From the NCBI GenBank assembly GCA_049969675.1, contig JBMFOP010000098.1, positions 1 to 10,801 of the forward strand: 10,801 bases of DNA, in the 5' to 3' direction. Source of the DNA: Myxococcota bacterium (lineage in GTDB: Bacteria > Myxococcota > SpSt-1050). Below the pieces are notes generated by a model, which saw only the letters and a program-made list of their open reading frames with translations, searched no databases and was not told the origin of the DNA. Position numbers and translations under genes: made by a program. Below are positions 1-6,278 of the stretch, piece after piece. The number at the start of each line of letters is the position of its first letter. The stretch's first letter is position 1.

Positions 1-293
1 ATAACATCAGAGACATCAATAACCTCAACAGCATCTCTGTATGTATCTACCCCAGATATATCTGTTATTACATCACGGGTAAACACATCACCCTGAGTAA
101 ATACATCGCCTTCTTTGGGAATCACCTCTCCTCCGCAATCACACCCCTGCGAAGTTGCAAATAATAATAAAACAATAAGACAAAAATACAATGTCTTTTC
201 ATTTTTCACTTTCAATCCTCCTGTTCCTTTAATAAAAAGCTTCCACTTACCCAGAGAACCAATAAAACTACTCCTAAATAATTTCCTGGTCAT
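1..293 (-). CDS. Putative lipoprotein, 5' part only (runs off the left edge; absent from the ORF track); alternative start GTG at 209
   Basis: Manual minus-strand translation is open from ATG 293 to the window edge: MTRKLFRSSFIGSLGKWKLFIKGTGGLK-VKNEKTLYFCLIVLLLFATSQG-CDCGGEVIPKEGDVFTQGDVFTRDVITDISGVDTYRDAVEVIDVSDV. It has a hydrophobic h-region, a lipobox-like SQG-C (Cys codon 141-143) and an Asp/Val-rich linker. SD AAAGGAGGT (299-307) precedes ATG 293 and AGGAGG (217-222) precedes GTG 209. Confidence 0.85.
   Translation of the reverse strand, partial: MTRKLFRSSFIGSLGKWKLFIKGTGGLKVKNEKTLYFCLIVLLLFATSQGCDCGGEVIPKEGDVFTQGDVFTRDVITDISGVDTYRDAVEVIDVSDV
75..110 (-). repeat. Imperfect 18-bp in-frame tandem duplication (GDVFTQ / GDVFTR) in the lipoprotein linker
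   Basis: GGCGATGTATTTACTCAG followed by GGTGATGTGTTTACCCGT on the minus strand. Confidence 0.65.
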
Positions 294-318
294 CTCTGAC
301 CTCCTTTATTTAAGACTT

Positions 319-347
319 ATTTTAATAGAGCAAAAATAAAGATACAA
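319..347 (-). promoter_or_regulatory. Sigma70-type promoter for the left-edge lipoprotein gene
   Basis: Minus strand TTGTAT (347-342), 17-nt spacer, TAAAAT (324-319), just upstream of the SD at 299-307. Confidence 0.6.
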
Positions 348-587
348 GTATTTTTTCAAGAATTTTTTAGCGTAGAAAATACTATTCTATTAAATTCTAC
401 CCATAATAACCATCTATGTTAATTGTGCTAAATAAATATATTTTATCATCCCAACTTTTTTACATCCTTCAAATCTAAAAATTTTCTACTCCTTTTCTTA
501 AACTTCAAACTCTAAAAGAGATTTTTCACATATTGATAAGGGTAAAGTGTTTGTTAAATTACTAAAAATTTTGATGTATTGTTAGAG

Positions 588-616
588 TAGATTTAGTTAG
601 CCATATATGATATAAA
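588..616 (+). promoter_or_regulatory. Possible extended -10 promoter for the radical SAM gene
   Basis: TG-A-TATAAA at 608-616 and a weak -35 TAGATT at 588-593 (17-nt spacer). The predicted +1 falls at about 623, the A of an ATG. Confidence 0.4.
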
Positions 617-622
617 ATAGAT

Positions 623-685
623 ATGAACATAAGGGAATTTTTATTATATTTGTCTGCTCTATTGACATCTCTAACCTGGTTGTGA
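623..685 (+). other. 20-codon signal-peptide-like ORF (MNIREFLLYLSALLTSLTWL*), apparently a frameshifted N-terminal leader of the radical SAM gene
   Basis: ATG 623 to TGA 683-685. The radical SAM frame is open upstream of 717 back to 675 and reads PGCEPNRAGRRFEN-MAEDM. Removing one base near 673-677 joins the two into a ...LTSL(T/P)GC... lipobox. Confidence 0.5.
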
Positions 686-716
686 ACCAAACAGGGCAGG
701 AAGGAGATTTGAGAAT

Positions 717-1670
717 ATGGCAGAGGATATGAGTAAATATACGGACAATAAATTTGAAGCCGCCTATATTGGCCTGCATAAGAGAGGTGAACTGAGAAAG
801 CGGGCTGATTACCTGCTGGATTCATTGAAGGAGTGTAGATTATGTCCGAGGGAATGTGGGGTAGATAGAAGAAATGGTGAATATGGTATATGCAGAGCCC
901 CCTATGATGTTTATATCTCAGCCTCTCACCCTCACTTTGGGGAAGAGGCACCTCTCGTGGGCAGATCTGGTTCGGGAACAATCTTCTTTACTCACTGTTC
1001 TCTTAGATGTGTGTTTTGCATAAATTATGAAATAAGTCATTTAGGGGAAGGGTATAAGGTATCTTTTGAGGAACTCGCAAGGGCGATGCTGATCCTTCAG
1101 AAAGAGAAAGGTTGTAATAATATTAATTTAGTTACTCCTTCACATTATATGCCACACATATTAAAGGCGATTGATATAGCTGCATCCCGAGGACTTAGTG
1201 TCCCAATAGTTTATAATACCTGTGGTTGGGAGAAGGTTGAGATCTTAAAGTATCTTGATGGGGTGGTGGATATTTATCTACCAGATTTTAAGTATTACGA
1301 TTCTAATATGTCAGCAAAATTTTCGGCAGGTGCATCAAATTATCCAGAGATAACCAAAGAGGCTCTGATTGAGATGAACAGGCAGGTTGGGGTATTGAAG
1401 ACCAGTTATGGGGGTATTGCCTTAAGAGGGCTGATGATTCGGCACCTTGTAATGCCAAATAATGTCAGCGGTTCAAAAGAGGTAATTAGATGGATTGGTA
1501 AAAATCTTCCAAAAGATACCTATCTCAATATAATGTCACAATATACCCCGGTTTTTAAGGCAAAAGATTATAAGGAGATTGCAAGAAGAATAACCAGAGA
1601 AGAGTATTATGAGGTAGTAGAGGAGGCTAAGAGATGTGGGCTTACAAATCTGGAGATACAGGGGATGTAA
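717..1670 (+). CDS. PflX-like radical SAM protein (uncharacterised Fe-S protein, often annotated as pyruvate formate-lyase activating enzyme-like)
   Basis: CxxxCxxC motif CSLRCVFC (C94/C98/C101); N-terminal CRLCPRECGVDR...G.C; family motifs HFGEEAPLVG..GSGTIFF, NINLVTP, PIVYNT, DIYLPDFKY, RHLVMP and NIMSQY.P; SD AAGGAG at 701-706. Confidence 0.9.
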   Translation: MAEDMSKYTDNKFEAAYIGLHKRGELRKRADYLLDSLKECRLCPRECGVDRRNGEYGICRAPYDVYISASHPHFGEEAPLVGRSGSGTIFFTHCSLRCVFCINYEISHLGEGYKVSFEELARAMLILQKEKGCNNINLVTPSHYMPHILKAIDIAASRGLSVPIVYNTCGWEKVEILKYLDGVVDIYLPDFKYYDSNMSAKFSAGASNYPEITKEALIEMNRQVGVLKTSYGGIALRGLMIRHLVMPNNVSGSKEVIRWIGKNLPKDTYLNIMSQYTPVFKAKDYKEIARRITREEYYEVVEEAKRCGLTNLEIQGM

Positions 1671-1740
1671 TCTCTCCTATTAATATAGAAAACGGACCAC
1701 AGGTTAATCATCCCACAACATAAAAGTTTTTAGAAGGTCT

Positions 1741-4341
1741 CTATCTTGATATCTCAACCGAGCCTTCATTAATCTTGATATAAAGGATATGAGAGCCAAT
1801 CTCAAAATGATAGCCAGACTCTGCTGCCTCCAAATCAGAAATGCTATTTTTCTCCTCTAATATATTTCCATCCTTATCTTTAATCATAGATGGCTTTGCC
1901 TCTATATTTAATACCTCTAATAAGAAGCCATATTTAAATTCGTCTCCCTTTTGAGCAGTTATAACAATTTTATCTGATGTAGTTTTATGAGATATTTTTG
2001 TGTTGTCAAAGAGAGTAAATTCGGATTCGGTCTTGGGGAATATAATGGTATAAAGTACTCCCGGAGTTGTTGAATATGAGTCCACGAGCTCTGGTCTATC
2101 TGTTGCTGAATATGTATCAATAGTTGGTCTTAAGAGTGGAATAATGGCATTCTCTTTTATAAATAATGGGAGTTTTCCGAGTGGGGCGGCGACAGTAATT
2201 GTCCTTCCTCCATAATATAGAGTCCTGTCAAAGAAATCAATCCAGTTACCTTCTGGAAGGATCACATCTCTCTCCCTCTGATCTCTCTTCAATACTGGTG
2301 CGACGAGCAGGTAATCCCCAAAGTAATACTGGTCCCAGATATGGATATTCATCTCCGGGTGCATAATTCCAAATGGTCTCTGTATCGGATGAGCGGTCTT
2401 CTTGATATTCTCTGCATAAGTCCAGATATATGGGAAGAGCCTTAAATGGAGTCTTGTATATATTCTATACCAGGAAAGCATCTCTGAATCGTATCCGGTG
2501 GAGCTATCTTCCTCCCAGGCAACGGTTGAGGCACTATTTCCAATCTGCATAACTGATGAGAGTGCCGTCTGTTCAAACCATCTTGTAAATAACTCTTTAT
2601 CTGGTGGAGAGTGTCTATATCCACCTGTATCAGCACCATAAAATGGAAATCCAGAGACTGCAAGATTGAGCCCATATATCATTGATGCGGGTAGTCCTCC
2701 AACTGCAATAAACTTATTCCCATTTTTTTCAATTACTTCCTCTTTGTGGTGTGCAAAGTTTGCATCCAGATCCCCGGGCCAGATTATATATGTGTATTTT
2801 TGACTTCCATACTTTCCGGTTCTACAGAGTAAAAAACCTCCATCCTCGGGGAGAATCTCACTATAGACTTTGTGATATAGCAGGGTATATCCCCTGTGCA
2901 TGGTCCTCTCATCTGAGCCATCATAGAACTTCCATTTGTTCCGCGCACCCGAGATTCCAGGAACTATATCCTCGGCATAATCTAATTTGTAACCGGCTAT
3001 TCCCATATCTCTATATTTCTTTAAATTCTCCTGCCACCATCTGTATGCCTCCGGGTTGGTGAAATCAATAGGTTTACCCCATCTGTTCAGGATAAGCCCG
3101 GTCTGAGGTGGAAAGAAGTTGTGGCTCTCGGCATAAGTCAGAAGTTCTCCTGTTGCCTTCTCAAGGTATGGTGTATGCCAGAGACCAATTCTAAATCCGA
3201 GTGAGTGCACCTTATTTATCATTGAAACAGGGTCGGGGAATTGCTCTTTATTAAAATCAAATGTATTTACCGCGGTTGCATAAGGTCTATCTATCCAGAT
3301 GGCAGTATGTGCGAGGTCCAGAAGACGCATCTGATTGATATCATTCTCTACCTCTCCCTGATCTCTATTTTCGTCTCTCCATAAAAGTGGACCAATTGCC
3401 CATCTGGCAGGGAGGACCGGGAAGGAGGTTACTTCGTAATAATGTTTGATTAGATCAATTGGCTTATCTTCAGAGAATAGATAAAATCTAATACCATCTC
3501 TTGAAAAGACCCCTGTTCCAAATACAGCACTCACAATATCTCCTTTTGAAGATGCCACATCATATGCACCAAGGTGAGTGGATTCAATGAACCATCCCCA
3601 GCCACCTGTTGAGAGCAAAAATGGAACCGGAACATGTGCCTCATTATAACCGCTCTCTGTATTATCAATCTCAAACTGCATTGCCCTTCTCTTCCCTCTC
3701 TGATTTACATCGTCCAGATATGCCCCGAGCCCATAAAATGCCTCATCTTTACTGACACTGGCATCAAGTCTATAATAGGCGATATTTCTTACAGACCTTT
3801 CATCTGGAATAATCTCAAATAGGAATCTATTCTCTGCACTCTTTTTAACTTTTAATGTTGCGATTCTGTTTGTCTCAAATATAAGCTTGATCTCTACATC
3901 TGAGTCACCGGTACTTATAAATGCGATATCCGAAATCTTTATCCATTTGAACCCCTCAGGGGGAGTATAATTCTTATCCTCATTTACAATTGGCCAGGGG
4001 TCATAATTATATTCGTCATCCACATTTTTTACAATTCCGAGCATAATACCATCAAAATTGAAAGTAAGTATATTTTTCTCCTTATGAAATAGTGATATCT
4101 CCCTTTCAACTCTATTGACCAACAATTTACTGTCACCTGATACTAACTGGATATCTTCTACAAAATCTCCAGTATCAGCAATAACTGAGATGTCTGTGGT
4201 ATCAGGGCTAAAAGTATCTCCTGTTTCTATAATATCAGTGATGTTGTCATTTGAGTCAGAGCAGGAAATGGTCAAGAATGAAACTAATATAAGCAGAATA
4301 AAAAAATCAGAGATAAATTTTGAAGGTCTCTTATAATGCAT
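1741..4341 (-). CDS. Glycoside hydrolase family 31 (alpha-glycosidase, YicI-like KxD nucleophile motif), predicted lipoprotein
   Basis: GH31 motifs FYGLG, VPVPFLLS, FDFNKEQFPDP, GYKLDYAE (putative nucleophile D454), WPGD (putative acid/base D524), GFPFYGADTGGY, ELFTRW, QYYFGDYLLVAPV, LPEGNWID and APLGKLPLFIKENAIIP. N-terminal h-region plus LTIS-C lipobox and Asp/Thr-rich linker. SD AAGGAG at 4349-4354. Confidence 0.92.
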   Translation of the reverse strand: MHYKRPSKFISDFFILLILVSFLTISCSDSNDNITDIIETGDTFSPDTTDISVIADTGDFVEDIQLVSGDSKLLVNRVEREISLFHKEKNILTFNFDGIMLGIVKNVDDEYNYDPWPIVNEDKNYTPPEGFKWIKISDIAFISTGDSDVEIKLIFETNRIATLKVKKSAENRFLFEIIPDERSVRNIAYYRLDASVSKDEAFYGLGAYLDDVNQRGKRRAMQFEIDNTESGYNEAHVPVPFLLSTGGWGWFIESTHLGAYDVASSKGDIVSAVFGTGVFSRDGIRFYLFSEDKPIDLIKHYYEVTSFPVLPARWAIGPLLWRDENRDQGEVENDINQMRLLDLAHTAIWIDRPYATAVNTFDFNKEQFPDPVSMINKVHSLGFRIGLWHTPYLEKATGELLTYAESHNFFPPQTGLILNRWGKPIDFTNPEAYRWWQENLKKYRDMGIAGYKLDYAEDIVPGISGARNKWKFYDGSDERTMHRGYTLLYHKVYSEILPEDGGFLLCRTGKYGSQKYTYIIWPGDLDANFAHHKEEVIEKNGNKFIAVGGLPASMIYGLNLAVSGFPFYGADTGGYRHSPPDKELFTRWFEQTALSSVMQIGNSASTVAWEEDSSTGYDSEMLSWYRIYTRLHLRLFPYIWTYAENIKKTAHPIQRPFGIMHPEMNIHIWDQYYFGDYLLVAPVLKRDQRERDVILPEGNWIDFFDRTLYYGGRTITVAAPLGKLPLFIKENAIIPLLRPTIDTYSATDRPELVDSYSTTPGVLYTIIFPKTESEFTLFDNTKISHKTTSDKIVITAQKGDEFKYGFLLEVLNIEAKPSMIKDKDGNILEEKNSISDLEAAESGYHFEIGSHILYIKINEGSVEISR

Positions 4342-4392
4342 TTGACTACTCCTTAAAAAACTCTTAAATAAAATATCAAGTTTTTTCTGTTG

Positions 4393-4409
4393 TGTAAAAT
4401 GTTTTTACA
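4393..4409. promoter_or_regulatory. Perfect 7-3-7 palindrome TGTAAAA-TGT-TTTTACA upstream of the GH31 gene; candidate operator
   Basis: Inverted repeat read directly, about 50-70 bp upstream of the GH31 start. Confidence 0.4.
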
Positions 4410-4410
4410 A

Positions 4411-4466
4411 GTCCATAATCCATTGTCCACGGTTCATAGTCCACAGTCCATAGTCCATAATCAATT
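4411..4466. repeat. Degenerate heptamer tandem array, 7-8 units, consensus GTCCATA
   Basis: GTCCATA ATCCATT GTCCACG GTTCATA GTCCACA GTCCATA GTCCATA ATCAATT. Confidence 0.85.
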
Positions 4467-4591
4467 TTTCTACCACATCATACAATTTGTAAAAACTTGG
4501 GTGATTAAATACACCACTATTTGTGCAGATAAAATTGCTAAATACAACCTGTATTTTCCTTTATAGTTTAATGTAACCCACCGCCGCCCCA

Positions 4592-4672
4592 GATAATCTG
4601 ATTTGAGAAGTTAACTAATTGCAAAATAAGGATTCTGGATGGGTAAATCCATATTTTCAAAATCAGGTTATC
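4592..4672 (+). other. Long imperfect stem-loop (candidate structured RNA or element remnant)
   Basis: GATAATCTGATTTGAGAA (4592-4609) pairs with TTTTCAAAATCAGGTTATC (4654-4672): 18 pairs, two G-U and one bulged A. An internal hairpin TGGAT-GGGTAA-ATCCA lies at 4636-4651, and a pyrimidine/T-rich tract follows. Confidence 0.45.
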
Positions 4673-4745
4673 CCCCTTTTCTTCTTTAGCAATTAAAATG
4701 TTCTCCAACTTAAATACCATTTTTAGCAAAATCAATTACATTTTC

Positions 4746-4783
4746 TTGCAATAAATCTTAGTTTATATATAATGCTGCATTAT
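4746..4783 (+). promoter_or_regulatory. Sigma70-type promoter of the barrel-GH4-aminotransferase operon with an overlapping palindromic operator
   Basis: TTGCAA (4746-4751), 16 nt, TATAAT (4768-4773); palindrome ATAATGC-T-GCATTAT (4769-4783); SD GGAGG at 4786-4790 before ATG 4795. Confidence 0.65.
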
Positions 4784-4794
4784 CTGGAGGCTTT

Positions 4795-6276
4795 ATGAAG
4801 AGAATATTTTTTATTTTCCTGATACTTATGGCGTCCTCTGTCTCTTATGCAAATGATGCAGAGGTATTGCCAGAAGGTGTGTTCAAGATAGGTCAACAGA
4901 TAGGATATGACTGGTCAACAGATAATTTCAAGACTGTATTCGGAACCGGCACATACCCAACTACATATTGGTACAATATTACCGTTAAGCTCTCTGATAT
5001 AGCACCGGATTTAGCAGAAAGGATGGAATGCAAAGATGCGTATGGAAACACTCAGGAATGTATTCTGGGGACCACTCACTTTGATCTCTTTCAGGCTGCA
5101 CTCAAGTTTAACACAAGTATTATGTACGGTATAACAGATAAGTTATCTGCAGGAGTTATAATTCCTTACCACTATAGTATGAGCAGTACCAGTCTTAAAA
5201 TTACAGGTAGCAATATGATGATCAATTACGAACCTAATGGGAAGGTTAACAGAGCCAGTCCAATAGTTCCATATAAATATGAAGAATCCCCTCCGGGTTC
5301 ACATCCAATTGATGCAAATGATGTGGCTACAATTCTATCTGACCCTGCATTTGGCTTTGAGTATAAAGACCCTCTATCAACTCATGATGGATGGTATTTA
5401 AGTGATATTATTTTTGGAATCAGGTATCTCTTCTATGAGAATAACTGGATGAAGAATGCATATACATTCTTCCTGATTACTCCTACAGGAGATGAAGACC
5501 CACCCGACTGGTTATTCTCTCCCGCACCTGGTGATGGGCAATTTGATATCGGCTTCTGGTTTAATAACGATTTTCTGCTCTATAAGAAGTTGAATCTGTG
5601 GCTAAACTTCTCAACAGGATATACATCTCAATTGCCTCATACAAAGAAGTTCAGGGTTCCGAGTGTATCAAGAAATATCCCAAACACTCCCGAAGAATAC
5701 GACCCGAATAATAAAGGTGAAAATTTTATGCCTATAGGGAATCGTTCTCATAGCCTGCTTGAACTGAGGCGGGATATCGGTGATAATGTGGATTTTTATC
5801 TGGGCTTCAGGTTCAATATCACAGAGACGCTCATATTCAATCAGGAATTTTATTACTACTATAAATGGAGAGACCAGTTTGAGGTAACCTATCAACCTAT
5901 GGCGTGTGAACTTGTATCCAGACTTGAGCATGATACATTTAATATCCCATATTGCAATGAAAAGGGTGCTGATTACTCTCTGGTCAACATTCAGACTCAC
6001 GCACTCTCTCAATTTACCGACAGAGAGGAACTCGTCTCCACCACAGTGCTTACATTCTCCACTCTGCCACTCCTTGAAAAGGGTAAATTCCCTATCCCGC
6101 TGATGTTCTCTCTCGGATATAAACGCTCAATTGCAGGGAAGAATATAGAACAGTCAAACTCGGTCTTTATGAATCTGGACCTCTTTGGTTCTATATATAT
6201 GTTTTCCGAGGAGAAGAGACAGGCATTAAATGAAAGTCAGTCTGCATTCTCTACCATTCCATCTGTTCCGAGGTAA
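4795..6276 (+). CDS. Putative outer-membrane beta-barrel channel, COG4313 / Phenol_MetA_deg (SphA-like) type
   Basis: Sec signal MKRIFFIFLILMASSVSYA. Amphipathic aromatic-rich strands and motifs typical of the family: YGITDKLSAGVIIPY, LSDIIFGIRYLF, PTGD..PD and GDGQFDIG. Assigned by motif recognition only. Confidence 0.65.
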   Translation: MKRIFFIFLILMASSVSYANDAEVLPEGVFKIGQQIGYDWSTDNFKTVFGTGTYPTTYWYNITVKLSDIAPDLAERMECKDAYGNTQECILGTTHFDLFQAALKFNTSIMYGITDKLSAGVIIPYHYSMSSTSLKITGSNMMINYEPNGKVNRASPIVPYKYEESPPGSHPIDANDVATILSDPAFGFEYKDPLSTHDGWYLSDIIFGIRYLFYENNWMKNAYTFFLITPTGDEDPPDWLFSPAPGDGQFDIGFWFNNDFLLYKKLNLWLNFSTGYTSQLPHTKKFRVPSVSRNIPNTPEEYDPNNKGENFMPIGNRSHSLLELRRDIGDNVDFYLGFRFNITETLIFNQEFYYYYKWRDQFEVTYQPMACELVSRLEHDTFNIPYCNEKGADYSLVNIQTHALSQFTDREELVSTTVLTFSTLPLLEKGKFPIPLMFSLGYKRSIAGKNIEQSNSVFMNLDLFGSIYMFSEEKRQALNESQSAFSTIPSVPR

Positions 6277-6278
6277 TT

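Noticed and set aside
115..339. Plus-strand 74-aa ORF from the track
   Set aside because: It lies antisense to the minus-strand lipoprotein gene, which has an SD, promoter and signal peptide; it has a TTG start and no recognisable features.
372..600. TTCTAC/GTAGA words resembling a Cas12a CRISPR repeat
   Set aside because: There are no regularly spaced identical repeats with spacers and no cas genes.
662..667. Perfect TTGACA -35 hexamer
   Set aside because: There is no credible -10 at 16-18 nt (the sequence there is GAACCAAA).
683..712. Selenocysteine or readthrough at TGA 683 to extend the leader ORF into the radical SAM gene
   Set aside because: Readthrough stays in the wrong frame and meets another TGA at 710-712; only a frameshift joins them.
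562..981. Minus-strand ORFs 562-981 and 597-779
   Set aside because: Shadow ORFs antisense to the radical SAM gene, with no motifs.
1671..1740. Terminator between the convergent radical SAM and GH31 genes
   Set aside because: No convincing GC-rich stem with a U-tract was found on either strand.
2442..4336. Short ORFs 2442-2675, 2751-3062, 3634-3822 and 4115-4336
   Set aside because: All are nested in or antisense to the well-supported GH31 gene.
4768..4784. Fur box assignment for the ATAATG...CATTAT palindrome
   Set aside because: The arms are 3 nt apart rather than the 5 nt of the 19-bp Fur consensus, and the operon has no evident iron function; kept as an unassigned operator.
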